A stretch of DNA of 64,000 nucleotides. Origin: Phoronis australis. Taxonomy: Eukaryota > Animalia > Phoronida. The notes beneath the pieces were generated by a model. The model was not told the DNA's origin. It searched no databases and was given only the letters and a program-made list of their open reading frames with translations. The position numbers and the translations under genes are program-made. The stretch spans positions 660,836 through 724,835 of the forward strand of contig NMRA01000100.1 in NCBI GenBank assembly GCA_002633005.1. The letters run 5' to 3'. Each line of letters opens with the position of its first letter. Position 1 is the stretch's first letter. Shown in pieces: positions 1-13,740 of this stretch.

Positions 1-159
1 GTTTCAATCTGATCAACCTTAGTAAAATACGAAAACCAGATTTTGCGGACTAATTGTCCTTTCTACACGTGATGTTCCAGTACTTGCTTTGTGAGACTAT
101 AATCAGAAATGCAAAAAAAGCCTATTCCAGAGCTGTAATATAATTTCCGGAGAACTTTT

Positions 160-1007
160 TGACATCTTCATTTTTGGTGGATTCGGAACATCAAATATTG
201 TTCAGGCACCGCAGTCAATACCAGCTTGTTCTTCTTTCATGAATATGGACTCCTCGAAGTGATGAGAGCATAACTTGCAGTTCTTGGACAAATAGGTTGC
301 ATCTCTATTCATAAGGTCAGCTCCCAGCACTTGCACCTGAACAGAAATCAATGACTGAGAGACTCAGGAACAAACCTCATACTCACTACGTTCACAGAAG
401 ACTGGTAGCCTACACTAAAGTACACTACACTGCAGAATTCCTGTCCGGCTTAACTTAATTGGTCTAACTGGCACATTAAAATTATGTTCGGATTTTTCAC
501 CTTTTCACCGAGACCCACAGATTCGCTAACTTGACTCATGACGGACTTAGTGGCCCTGTGGCTGTGGCTGTGATTGTGCCATGGCTGTGTCACCAGTCAT
601 ATTACTCATGGCCATCATGCCTCATGCCCTCATGGGCATGGGTATGTTTTCCTAAAATTGTCCCTGCGATCGTACGGGTGACATTTTGATTTGGAATTGA
701 TGGACTGCAAGTATCCAAAAAGCTGACGATCACATCCTACGTTCATCATAGTCCTTCCGCTGGCAGCTCGGTTGTACAGTAGGCCTAGCCTACGCTGCAG
801 ACAACAGAACAGTGGCAACGGGACTGTGATCGACTTGTCTAACAACCGTGTACAGAACACACAAAATGAAAGCCGATGTATCATTTTATTGAATAACAGA
901 TAATCCTTACCTTTATGGATCCTTAGGAAACCTAAAAAATGACACGTATGGGTTTTCGTGGATGAATTCATGAAATTTATCGCACTGCAAAATGCGTCCT
1001 TCCCCAT
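160..1007 (-). pseudogene. Decayed two-exon THAP zinc-finger N-terminus of a DNA-transposon transposase (THAP12/PRKRIR-like hAT or P-type)
   Basis: Exon 1 (1007-911) reads MGKDAFCSAIN..NSSTK, then after a frameshift SFFRFPKDP*R, with donor AG|GTAAGG at 910. Exon 2 starts at 336 after TTCTGTTCAG and reads (R)CKCW, then after a deletion ADLMNRDATYLSKNCKLCSHHFEESIFMK...LVLTAVP/TIFDVPNPPK. The THAP hallmarks FP, W, CxxHF and AVPTIF are all present, disrupted by frameshifts and a stop. Confidence 0.8.
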
Positions 1008-1524
1008 TGCTTTGGCGCTTCCTGGTTGACAGTTGCTTGTTCACCACTTGGCGGCGCTAGTAGTAGCGGTAACAGCGAACTCACAAGTGAACTCTCCTAT
1101 ACTACTACACTCCTTGGTCTAAGGTTAAGATTCATGTTATTATGACCCAGCTTGGGAAACATTTCATTAGGGTGATTTGTTGAAAAGATGAGGGTCCCGA
1201 GTTGGCGTTGTGTTTCAAAATCCCTTGTTGAAACACGGGTAGTCCAGTTTCTAGTGGCTGCGTGAAATGGTAGAGGGTGTCCCAAAAATGTACACACTTT
1301 ATTACTGGGAGTTCATATTCAATTGCCGTGGATCACTGAAACTCTGCACCGGGCCCAATGCATGGTTGCACCTTATTTTGAACATGGGTGCACTGATCAA
1401 CCATGCATGGAATTACAAAGACAAGTTAATGAGCTATGCGATTAATTTATTTAAATTTCCTTTTCCATCTATTTGAGTTTGTGAATTTAAATTTCTAATC
1501 TTGTTCCTAAGTCAATAAACAATT

Positions 1525-3745
1525 CATTTATTGTGATTTTGAATTGTGAGAACATTTTGGGTCACTTTGTAGAGCTGTCCGACATTCATCAGTGTCCTTG
1601 AGACTTTTTCAGATAGGCAAAAATTGTTTAGTGTACTTTGCTATTTGTGAATCGGGTGATAGATTGAATTTTCACAATGTCAGTCTGCAACTAAGTTCAG
1701 TGAAGCCTCAGTGAATTTTGGTAGGTGCATGAACATGTAAATCAGAAACTGACAAATTTGTTCTTTATCGAAACAAAATAAGCAATTCCCAAAGACATGC
1801 TGAAGAGAAACATGGGAGGCGGAAATCTCATGGGGTTTGGGGTTCCCCCAAGGAATTTTCAGAATTTATTTGTGTTCACGTGTATTTTGATTTATCCCAG
1901 CGGTAGCTATCGTGGTTTATGAGTTAAACTTGAACATCTAAAATCACTGAAATCTTTGTATACAATTGCCAGTACATGTACATTTCTTTGAATATCTCAA
2001 TCCGACCACCAGCTCAGTATGTTTGACATGTGCGACACGTTATTGTTATAAAACCAAAGAAAATATCACTGTTGTGTAATTTACAGTGACCTACACTAGT
2101 TTCGCAAACGACCATCACTTTCCATGGTGGTCTATCCAAGTGTATTTTTCAATACAATTTTTTTATTGTTTGGGCCGATAGTCTTCTCTTCAATGTTGTG
2201 GTTTTTACAAATATGTTTAGTATTTTTCAAGGATTTGGACTGTTTTCTTCTTTACCTTATGAATGGTTGATAGTTCGGAGTTTACAGAGGCCAGAAAAAA
2301 GAGCATTACCCACAGCCACCCCTTCTAAGGAGGACCCCATCTGAAAGAGGAAGCTTAGTATAAAAGGACTAATATCATTAAATATGGATAAGAGTGACAA
2401 CATATTCTATCACCTGCCAAAAAGTGACCTAGATTCCTTAACATAAAAAAATTGTACGATTTCACCAAAATAGGAAAATAGAGGCAACTGATTTCATGAG
2501 CAATGCATCTACTTTCATTTAATGACTTAATTCCTGTTTGGTGGTCTGTTTGTGAGTTCAAACCACAAATGTTGTACCTCACTCAAAAGCAGTTCATTTA
2601 TTGTCATCTGAATTGGGATTATATTTTTGGGGCACCCTGTGGAACTGTCCGAATTTCATCAATGTCTTTGACAGTTATTTTAGATAGGTAAAAATTGTCT
2701 AAGTGTACTTTGCTATTTGGGGATTGGATTATAGAGATTTCCCAATTTCAGGCTGCAACTTAATTCACTGAAGGATTATCAGTTCCTACAAGTTTAGCTT
2801 CTTTATAATTGTCAAAAAATCACCCATGAATCTGTCGATTTTCATAAATACATTGACATGTAAATCAAAACCAACAAATTTGTTAATCAAAACAGAATAT
2901 TATAAGCAATTTATGAAGGCATGCTCTCAGATATGTGATGGGTAACTGGGGGCAGGCAACATGGCAGATGGGGCATCCCACAGGGATTTTTTTCTGAATT
3001 TATTCATGCTAACGTGTATTTTTATTCATTTCAAAGGTACCTCTAACGGGTTACTAGTTAAAGTTGAACTCCAAAAAATTGCTGTAATCTATATGATTGC
3101 GAGTACTTTGAGTACCCCCGTTCCACGGTGATCAGAAATCATATCCGGCTGACAGCCTTTTCGACATGTGTTCCTCACAAGCAACTCCTCAGTAACGATT
3201 TTCGAAAGACATACTATTCTTGTGATGCTATGGAAGAAATTAACATTATTTTATAACTAACCATAGAAAATAGCCCTTATGTGCAATTCACAAATAGTGG
3301 TCTTCACATCCTTCAAACTTCCATCCTTTCGATGGCGGTCAGTTCTATTGTTTTTTTACACTTTTGGTTGCATGTCTTGATACTGCTATGCTGTGCAGTA
3401 ATGTTTAATGTTTTTTTGATGAATTCAGCATCTCAACTTCCCCACATAAATACTTGGTACTGTCGGGTTTATGTGTATAGAGGGATATAGGGACAATTCG
3501 CCGAACGCCCCCCCCCCCCCCGGGNNNNNNNNNNNNNNNNNNNNNNNNNNNNNNNNNNNNNNNNNACGCCCCCCCCCCCCCCGAGAGAGGGCCTTATCTG
3601 AACGGGGAACCTTGAGATAAAAGGCTAATATCCTTAAGCATTGAAAAGAGTGACAGTTTATTCCATTGTCTTGTGACCCTGCAAAGTGACCTTCCTCAAA
3701 ATGAAAAGTACGATTTCACAAAAACAGGAAAATTTAGGTAATAGA
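1525..3745 (+). repeat. Old diverged tandem duplication of a ~1.1 kb unit (about 1525-2490 and 2593-3745)
   Basis: Collinear similar blocks: 1561-1650 vs 2631-2720 (CTGTCCGA...AGATAGG.AAAAATTGT...GTGTACTTTGCTATTTG) and 2335-2480 vs 3592-3735 (ATCTGAA...TAAAAGG.CTAATATC...AAGAGTGACA...GTACGATTTCAC). Confidence 0.75.
3525..3565. other. Assembly gap (N run); further gaps at 20296-20298 and 25478-25494, single Ns at 8281, 52015 and 58582
   Basis: Ns are visible in the sequence, and the multi-N runs abut poly-C or poly-G tracts. Confidence 0.98.
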
Positions 3746-6700
3746 TTCCAATATTGGGCCCCTTAAGAATTTATTAACAAAAGCACAAAAGGGTGGCCAC
3801 TTGAATGTCATCAATGGCCCCAATATAAAAGGATATATACTTTTAAAAACAGGAAATGTGTAGCAATTGATGATATCGATTTGGTCATCAAGTTTCCTCA
3901 AGTGATATCCAATTTTTGAGAAAATAAATCAGAGAGGGACCTCTGGAAAAACATGATAGTTTGCATTCGCAAAATTATTGAATTTAAAAATCCAGTGAAT
4001 TAATATGCTCCGCAAAGGCTGCGCATTACAAATTTTCTTGATTTTAATGGTAATAACTTAGTGTCACACTTTACCTGTCAATGTTTCTCTGTTTGTAGAA
4101 AAAAGCACGATAGTCCAAAAGCTAAGAAGAAAAGGAGATTAAAGAAAGAACTCATACAAAAAGGTGTGTACAATATAAATAACTGGTCTGAAAGCAGTGT
4201 TGTGTGGCTGTGAAACAATTATTGGTTAATTGCTGCTAGTGAATAACTTGTCGCGCAATCAGTTTTAGATGTTCTTCACTTATTTAGCATACAATATGGC
4301 TAACAAGTGAAATTCATTTTTGTAAAATTTCTCCACGAAAGTAAAGATTAAGGACGTTTGAGTCAATTACAAGCTTGATTGAAAGTGTGAAGGGATTGTA
4401 AAAAAGTTCCGTTATTTTCAAAAAGGTCAGCCACTAAAAAATTGGTCATTTGGAAATTATTTTCTGCAAAATTAGTGAAGAACTGTCGCAGCTGTTGATG
4501 TATTCAAGGTAATACCAATCTTTGAATTTCTAAAATAACTTTTTAATTATTATGAGTCAACCCATAAAACTATGTATTTTCAAAATCATTGAATCTTATC
4601 ATTGCATGAAAAATACCCGGATGTTTGTAATCACATGACTTCATTCTTTCTAATATGTAATGCTTTTAACAGACATCAGCGGACTGATTGCCGTTGATTT
4701 TTTTCAAGTGTAACTTGCGAATTCTGTTTCTTTATTCTGTTAGCTACAAAGATGTGTCGGGATTTTCTGTTAAGGCTTTTCAAGTTTAAGAACTCTTTTC
4801 TCAAAAATGAAGAAGACAACATACTTTGAAAAAGGCAGAAGCCTCGAGTATTGACTGTCCAGCTCTCAACCTAAAAGTGTGCTTTAGTTAAAAGTGTTGG
4901 TCTCCGTGAAATATCACGGTTTTTTGTACAAAATGCTGTCATATTATTAGAAACATCTGAGAATTGCTTTCATGGGTCATCAAGGATTTTAAAAACACAA
5001 AGTTTTATGAGCCTACAATTAATGCTTAAAAAGAAATTTGATCTGTGATAAACTTTTCCTTTAGACTTTTCACCATGATATTTCTGACACTGTTTACAGT
5101 GTTGTCCTATGGTTAACTGATGTCTTCAGTTTTTATCCTGTGTTGATGTCTTTGATGATATAGCCATGTTCCCCTTGTGGAGATGGGGGGTCCATATCGT
5201 AAATGGATTAGGTTTCAAGCAAATATGTAAGAACTTCTGATCACTGTGTTAGCCAGAGTTCTGATGCAGCACTTTCACACTCGGCATTCTAAGAGCCCCT
5301 GGAGTTTGTCCATTGTTGATTGATTAGCCACTCATGAGTGGATAATCTCATTCACCACTTTTCAGCTACCAGCACTGCACACCTGAGCACTACCTCTAGA
5401 AAACATTATGCGCATGCAACGTTGCCACGACAATGCAAGTATACTGTTTAGATCTGTAACAGGTATCCGTGACCGCGACTGACAGGACATGAGACTTAAG
5501 AAGTTACACTTCCTTTGTTTTTGCCATTATGTATGAAATTAGATCTGCCCTTAAATAGGCTATGGAGATATAATTACTACTTGCAAGGTTGATCAGTTTG
5601 ATATAGGAAACCAGTTCTGGTCCAGTTGTTTGTGCAATAAACCAAAAATCAGCATTATGTGAAATGGTCATGGCAAGGATTAATTATGGCTGAAGTCGTA
5701 TTTACTTGAAATTCAATTCCGGTATCGTTAGTAAAGTTTACGATTTTAATTGGTTTATTATGTCAGTACATACATTCTTGCATTTGAAATATCTTCAAAA
5801 CTATTGAATTTATCAGTGTAGAAGTATTTATTTTCTGAAAATGAAAATTGTGTGGAATTTGACTTTTTACTTTATGCCATTCTGCCATTGCCTGGGTCGG
5901 GTGACCATGTTTTTTTAATAAAATTTAGCAAGAAACAACTGTATTCATGGCAAAACTATGTCTATACCACTACTTCTTTTCATAAAATGCGAAACAATTT
6001 TTTGTTTTCTAAATCTCCTTTTTATTTTAGTTAGATGAAACTGATATTTTTTCTTAAAAAGAGCTAATAGGGCAGTTGTCACAATGAAGCATTTTAAAAA
6101 CAATGTCTCACGGCATTTTGGAGAACAGGTCAAGTGATAGTGCGAAAAAGTGTCATCTGGATTAACGATTTGTTCTGAATTTTCTGGAGTTAGTCATAGT
6201 CTTTAAAGTCAATTAACCTTTTGTGTTTATCCTTCTCTTAGTGAAAAAACCTAGTATTTGGTTTGAACTCTAGGCAACAGCGGTTTCCAAACTGAGACTT
6301 AATTCACACATCATTCTAGTCTCCAACCATCATCTCAGAGTTACAAGAACCAAGTAGATACGTTCATCAACAGGTGCCTGGGAAGTGAAATGCATTTTTT
6401 TCGTTACTCTCTGGTAAAGATGATACTAACCCAGCTTTTCATAAGGAAGTCAATTTGAGAAACCAAATAGTTTGAAAACTCACTAGTCCAGAATATATTG
6501 ATTTATTTTTGCCAGTGTTTTATTGCTGTTTAGCCATTGCTGATCCAGTTCTTGTACAAAGTTATTGTTGTAATGGAAGGTGCCACAATACCGGGCACTT
6601 TCTAATGTTTTGTATGAAAGAATGTTCTTGAATTTCATTGATAATGCATTTCTACAGGCTTCTTCAAATTCAGCATGTGATCAACGGAGATAGGAACATC

Positions 6701-8155
6701 GAAGCTTGCCCACATGGTGAATTACTTCATAGAAGGAAGTAATTATTTTGCACAAAATACGATTTTAATCTATTAACTAGCCCTGTGTTTCTTTAGATAA
6801 TCCTGAAACAAAGTACAAGACGTTTTATAGTGAATGTAAACATGTACTAAATACTTGGTGCAGTTTAATGTCATTCCATGCTACCTGTATGACTGTGACA
6901 TGTACTCAGGTCTGCGTCACTGTTTCCTCCAGCTAAGTCATGACGTCTTGAGCACCTGTTTTATCCAGCTGTCATTATGTTCACTATGATGTCAGCCTGA
7001 GTTCAACTCCCACTAAGATTTGTTATTGTTTGTAAATTAATGATACACAGCAGAATGAGGTGTTCTACATAAATCAGGGCAGCTAGTAAACAACATAATA
7101 AAGGCAAACTTTTTAAAAACACAATCCACCCACCGATCAGCTCCTCCTGGTGTTCAGTTAGAAAATCACCTTATTCTTGTCCTTCCAATAGCTGCTAATT
7201 CAGCGCCTTAATGTTTTCACTAACTCTGGTCAAATTATTGGATTGACTGGATCATGTAAGATCACATTGAAAGGATTTTAATGTAAAGTAATTGCTTGCT
7301 CATTGATATCACTTTGGTGTCATATAAGTCTACTAATACTGCATTCGGACTGCATTATAGTCATTATTTAACTCTGTTTAAAGTATAGTTATTACTGAAA
7401 TTTCCGAAACACACAGGAAATTAGCAAGGTAATGTATTACATCATAAGAAGCCAACAATTTGGGAACTGCTTGTCGTTTACTGTTGTACTGTGTTTTTGG
7501 ATAGCAAATCAGTTGAAACAAATTCCTCTGGATGATGTTGATTGAGTCCGCATTTTTATCTTTATTCTCATTGTTGTAATATTCTGATAACAAAGTTGGT
7601 TCATTCATATTCAGGGCTGATGTTCATACAAAATGCTCTCACTTGTTCTGTCGGTGTGTTATCCGACAATTTAAATGTAGTTTTGTCAGTTTTGGGGCAA
7701 ATGGGGGGGAGTCTTACTTATTTTCAGCAGCGGTGTTATAACACAATGTAAGTAAAATGATTTTCAAAAATCTATATGTAGCTTATTTATGATATAGCAT
7801 CTCTTATCATTGCCATCTTAATTGTTTACATTCACTTGGCTGGCAAGCAGTACATATAGTTTGCAGGTGGAACTATGTTAAACAATCACTCCTTTGGATG
7901 GGGAACATGTGTTATCACAGTAGTAAGGGGTCACATGTCAGTGTTTTGAACTTTGAAAATCACCCCAAATGGACTGTTTTGCCTTTAATTTAGAACATCA
8001 TTACGCTGGTGTTAACAGATATATGAGGCAAGGTCATTAAACTTGTTTTTGATTAGACTGTGTGATTATGGCTTTATTCAGGATCTTGAAATTCTCAACA
8101 TATTGATTAAATATTTAGTTCTAGAAAAACTACTTGAGTACTGTGAAATTTCAGA

Positions 8156-8716
8156 AATTAGGGACACAGTATTTGGCTAGTTTACCATATTGTTAATTAA
8201 GGACACATTGCGTGGCTGGTTTACCATATTGTTAATCAAGGACGCAGTATGTGGCTAGTTTACCATATTGTAAATTAAGGNTTTGATGAATCACTTGTCT
8301 GTTTAGCAAACCACTTGTCTGTTTGTCAAACCACTTGTTTATTTGGCACTGGTGTCTATTTTGAACCTTTTCGCTGCCCATACTTGTGGCTAGTTTACCA
8401 TATTGTTAATTAAGGACACATTGCGTGGCTAGTTTACCATATTGTTAATTAAGGACACATTGCGTGGCTAGTTTACCATATTGTTAATTAAGGACACATT
8501 GCGTGGCTAGTTTACCATATTCTTAACTAAGGACACAATATATGGCTAGTTTACCATATTGTTAATTAAGGACACATTGCGTGGCTAGTTTACCATATTG
8601 TTAATTAAGGACACATTGCGTGGCTAGTTTACCATATTCTTAATTAAGGACACAATATATGGCTAGTTTACCATATTGTTAATTAAGGACACAGCGTGTG
8701 GCTAGTTTACCATATT
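8156..8716 (+). repeat. 39-bp minisatellite (AATTAAGGACACATTGCGTGGCTAGTTTACCATATTGTT), ~3 + ~8.5 copies split at the N at 8281
   Basis: Head-to-tail units read directly; a ~100-bp unrelated stretch follows the N. Confidence 0.95.
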
Positions 8717-9844
8717 TAAAACCAATGATCAATTTGTTTGGATGAACCCAAGTTACTGTTTTCAGGCATTTTGTGATATCTTAAGTGTGGCCGAACCTGT
8801 GCTTTCCACATTTCAAACTATAACATGTCAGAGAAAACCTGGAATTTTGGTGCATACTACTTAGTAGTGCTAGCAATTACTGCTTCCCACTTCATTAGCT
8901 TGGATGCAAAGGTTGTGTTGAATAGGCATTATAAAAGTTTCCTGAAGACGGAGCCTATCTCAGTAGTGACCAGTGCAAGGGAGTAATTCTCCAAACGTTC
9001 ACTAAATATTGAGGAATCTTCATTGTAGTTGCTGAAGTGCCACATGTACCATTCCCCAAGACTGTTACGCACCTGCCTTGTGGACTGACTATCTGCCTGG
9101 TCAGCCAGTTGGGATACAGCCTTGTCCTTATCATTTTGACAGTGGCAAACCAATGTTTATATAGTGCAGCTCTCTTATTGTCTCCTTTCATCTGATGCTC
9201 ATGTAATCCAGGAATTATGTTGTAAACAGCACACTTTATGCCAGCCAATATTTAAAAATACTATTTGCAAACGACTTTCAACAAGAAGCAGATGTGTTTT
9301 GTATGAAATACTTTCACCAAAAAACTTTGAGTGGAGAAAACAGTTGACTTTCGGAGAAATTGGACTTAACTTTCATCTGTTTATTCCTTTTTGCCACTGT
9401 AAGCTCTGAGGAGCTTAACTATAGAGTATTGTGTACAAACACAAAAGGTGTTCTTGACATTAGTTTAATCGAGCGTGATTCTAGATTCCTGATAGTGGAA
9501 ATTTCTTAATTATTACACTCTAGGAGAATGGTAGGTAATGCTGTTAAAACAAAGAAATTTCCCACGTCACAATCTGATCTAGATTTTTTCCCATTAAACT
9601 TGACAAATAAGCCATTGTGTAAATGACACTCAATGCTGTGGTTAAGTAAGCAGGTCAGCGCTTATTGTCATAGAAGGGGTTCAGTAGTTGAAAGTGAAGT
9701 CTTAATTTTTCTGAATATCATCTGTTTTTCTCTGTTCAAAGTTTTTTAGTGATAGCATTTAGTAAAAAACACCTTTGCGACATTTGTTGAATATTATTGT
9801 ATTTTAAATATCGGTTACCTTCAAGCATTCTGATTAAAAACTGA

Positions 9845-11323
9845 CTAGCCATTATCCGTGCGAAAGCACGGGTAGCAGCTAATGCGAGGGGAAGTAGCTA
9901 CACCTAAGAGTGAATCGATCGAGTCATTCATCATAAGAGACAAGAATACTTCTTCAAGAGACCGTGTTAAAAGCTTCAAGCTGAATTTCTGTCAGATTTT
10001 AGTAGGCTGAATTAAGGTGTGCACCTGTGGGATTCTTCCCCCTAGGCAGCACAAATTTCTTTCCAGAAATGATTTGACCCTGCCGTAATATAAAGTACAG
10101 TAATCAGATATTCCTCAGTTTAAAGTAAAAACTAAGAATGCATTTAAAATATTGTATAATACACAAAGTATATAGATGTCAGTGTCAGATTTAGAGGGGG
10201 GCCAAGGGGGCCATGGCCCCCCATAAAATTACACCCAGCTTCCATTTGGCAGTTCGGGGATGCGAATGTCTGAAGGGCAAAATTCTGGCTAATACTCCTA
10301 TTTGCTGTGCCTCCCCAACTCAAAATCCTGGATCCGCCCCTGGATGTATTTACAAAAGTTGCATCATAAATCTACATACTCAGAGGTAGTAAGTTCGCTA
10401 GCTGTATGAAGACTGTTGTCAACATACAGCTAGGTAGCCGTGTATAGAGCTCTGTTAGACACCGAAATTTCACACAATCCGGGTGCTCAGCTCGTCACCT
10501 CGATGTGAAACTTAGAGCTAACAACCTGCAGGGGTGCATGTAGAATCAGGGAATGAATCGACATTCACAGTGCCCGTTACAGCGTTTATTGAAGTAAACA
10601 AAATCTAATGAACGTTTCATAAATCTCCGCCTTTTGTAACAAAGGAAAATCCTATCTGCTGTCGTTTCGAAAACAGTGCAATCTCGTGACACGTGCACAT
10701 ACGCACCATTTCCCAAAACTTTGCGATACCTCTAGAGAGTATTTTCTGAAATTGATTTCTTTAGTATTAAAATAGTAAAAACTTGTACCGAAATGAAACC
10801 ACTTCCAATTGTCATGACATGTACGCAGTTGATTGAAGAACATGGAAATTTTCCCGATAGATGACGCAATGGGGCCCAAAGAGCGCATCGTAATTTTAGC
10901 AGCAGATTAACTGAAGACCGCCAATTTTCCAACAGGAGGGTAAATAATTTAGTTTACTAAAGGAAGAGTAATAAATTTTTAATGAGGCATCATTAATTTT
11001 GGCGGTGGCAGGTCCGATCTGTTTGAAGTATATACGCGACAGAAGCCGGAGGGAGTGAAATTAAGCCGATGGAGTGACGTCACCGGCAGGCCTTTGAGTC
11101 GACCGACTGACGTCACCAAGGCCAGTACAAAACTGGCCACCCTCCCTCCGCGTCTACGAAAAAACGGCCTGCGAGAAAAAAATAGAACACCTCGAATCCA
11201 AATAGGGGGCTGGTGCATTACCTGGGACCAAGGCGGTGCCTAAACTGGCGCAACAAAGGTCTGTAGTGGGGGGGGGGAGGGGGGAAATGGAGTTTGTGCA
11301 AACGATGCATTTTATACAATAGG
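9845..11323 (-). mobile_element. Non-autonomous Helitron, copy 1
   Basis: The minus-strand 3' end is a hairpin CCGTGC-GAAA-GCACGG (9856-9871) followed by CTAG|T. The terminal ~300 bp at both ends match copy 2 (9870-10170 vs 50737-51030; 11025-11323 vs 57470-57760). It interrupts an older repeat that is intact at 18080-18430. Confidence 0.75.
10180..10342. mobile_element. Short hAT-like MITE (CAG...GGATCCGCCCCTG) nested in Helitron copy 1
   Basis: Imperfect TIR CAGTGTCAGATTTAG / CTGGATCCGCCCCTG; GATGT flanks both sides (10175-10179, 10343-10347); absent at the matching position of Helitron copy 2. Confidence 0.7.
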
Positions 11324-13740
11324 TTATAATTGCTGGATTATGCGAGTTTATCAGAGGAATGTAGACAATCAGGAGAGCTGGTCTATGTAATCGTTGATTT
11401 GCCAACTTTCTCCCCTTGCTATCACTGTCAAACTGATGATGACATGGTGGTATCCCGAGTTCCCGATCAGTGAAATTGGGGAAACTCACCACACAGCGCA
11501 GCAACATACTGACATCTTCAAGAACTCGATCGGTGCACCCCTTCATTGATAATGGTATAAACCACTATTCTTCAATACACATTTGCAATCCTGAGTGAAT
11601 AGCCCAGCCACATTGTAATATAAATTTAGAGTGTATTACACATTAGGTATATTGCTTAATCACCCCAATGCCCAGGGATTATATCTTCCCATCTTTTATA
11701 GTATGTCTCCCTGTTTTGTCTGGTGGCAATTTTACCCAGAAATTATTTTCAGTTGATAACCATTGGTTTATGTAAGCACTGGGAGTATTAAAGAATTGTA
11801 TGAATATTAGTCAAGTTGGGTTTATCAAACTGTCCAGATATATTGACTGTTTGCGTAGATTGAAACAACCTCAACCCTTAGTCACAAAAACCGGCCGTTT
11901 TTGCAATATTTCACATATTTCTAGCAAAATACCTTAACTTCATTCTCAGGGAACTTTGAATACGAAATATACGGCATTTATCAAGAAAAAAGATTTGACA
12001 GAACCTCCTCTGGTCCTCAACCATGTGGAAATTTGTTTACTTCGTATCCAAAGTCAAAGGTGACAGAGCTGTCACTCAAATCGAATCTTCTGCTTGGCTT
12101 ATACACTTCCAAGTCACAGTCCTTATTCACCAAGTGGCCATAGGATTGAGTTGAAGAGGTGTACATACATGGAAAGATGCAGCGGAAAACAAAGACATAA
12201 CATATTTTTTATTCCTAGTCAGAGTTGCACTCCTGCTTACGTACAACCGTTGATAACATTACGAAGTCACTGAGTTGCTGCATGGCATCCGGCATATCAC
12301 CAACAACGCAGGTTGTGAAAAACGGTAAATCCTCGCACAAATTCATTCATTTCACCAATAATCTGACGTTTTGTTGTTTAGATCTCGTGCTCACGTGCGC
12401 TTTAACCACTGACACTCGATTTGTATTCTACATTTCATACTTGGTTTCTTTCAGTCTTCCCGGCATGTGCTTTAGCATGTGTTCCGTACTAGTTTTTTTT
12501 TTTACCTATTTTAATAGGTCGAGAGGAAATCTCCCCTAACCAGGTTTTACCAGATTCAGTGTCAATCATCTTCACAAAATTAGTGATAATTAACTTAATT
12601 ATGCACTACCAATTTAGTGGACATTGCGTGTGAATGTTCAATTAGCTAAAAATGTAAAAGCATAGAAAGGTTATGTTAACCTAAAACGTGTTTTCACCGA
12701 ATCAGTAAGTAAGAAAACTTCAGATTTTTATAACTCGTAATGTTTCTGGCTTTTTCTCGGCTTCGGCAAATCGACTTAATTTTATTTTAGGAACACAAGT
12801 TTCCGAAAAGCGGCTCAGTGACTTTCACTGAAACTTTACGATTTTATTCAAAAAGCACTGTTAGGATTTTCCTCTTAAACGCTTAGTTTTTATGTATGTT
12901 GAGGCAGACGAATACAGCTGCTATTTATTTCAAAAATACCGTACGTTTTGCATGTTGATGTGGCAAAGAAACAAAACAAGTACCGCGGTAATCGAAAATT
13001 CCTAACAGTTTTTTAGGTAAATCTTGAACTTTTCATTTAAAAAAGGTTTCATTAAAATTGACCAAGAGGATATTTTGCTATGAATGTACCTTTCTTAAAA
13101 ATGTAGGTAACGTAATAATAATAATGGCACATAAATACAAAACATATTTTGATAATCTCTGATGTTTTTTCTTTCACAAATTCATACTTTTACTGGTTGA
13201 CATAGCCTGGTTTGTTGATATATGAATTATATAAACTTTTACTGGTTGACATAGCCTGGTTTTTTGATATATGAATTAGAACGATGTCAATGTTGACATA
13301 ACCCATAGGCATAGGGCATGTCCAGCCTCCCAGTGTAGGCATAGGGCATGTCCAGTCTCCCAGTGTTCTTTTGTTGACTAGACATTTGGTTTTGGTATAT
13401 ACTTTTACTTGCAGTGTCATGCTTGAATTACATTTATTTCATGGTAGACACTCCCGTCCATAATTTTGTCGGTCCGTAATGCATCATATTACTAAGAGAT
13501 TCATGAGCTACTTAAAAACGCCAATCCTTTTTCGAGTAGAATAGAATATAGGTTCTTTAAAGTAGTTCTGAAAAACCACAACCAATAGTCACTAGGTCAG
13601 GTCCTACTGATACTACGTGTTCACTCTAACAGTTAGTACACTAATGTACGTCCCTAACATGGAAGTACATAGTGAAGTGTACTGTGATCTTACTGCAATT
13701 ATTAATGCCAACTGAATATATTAAGAAACTGACAAGTAGC

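Noticed and set aside
5400-6745. Promoter (X-box-like GTTGCCACGACAAT, TGCGCATG) and possible 5' UTR exon at ~6658-6738
   Set aside because: Short motifs and weak splice sites only; cannot be linked to a gene without transcript data.
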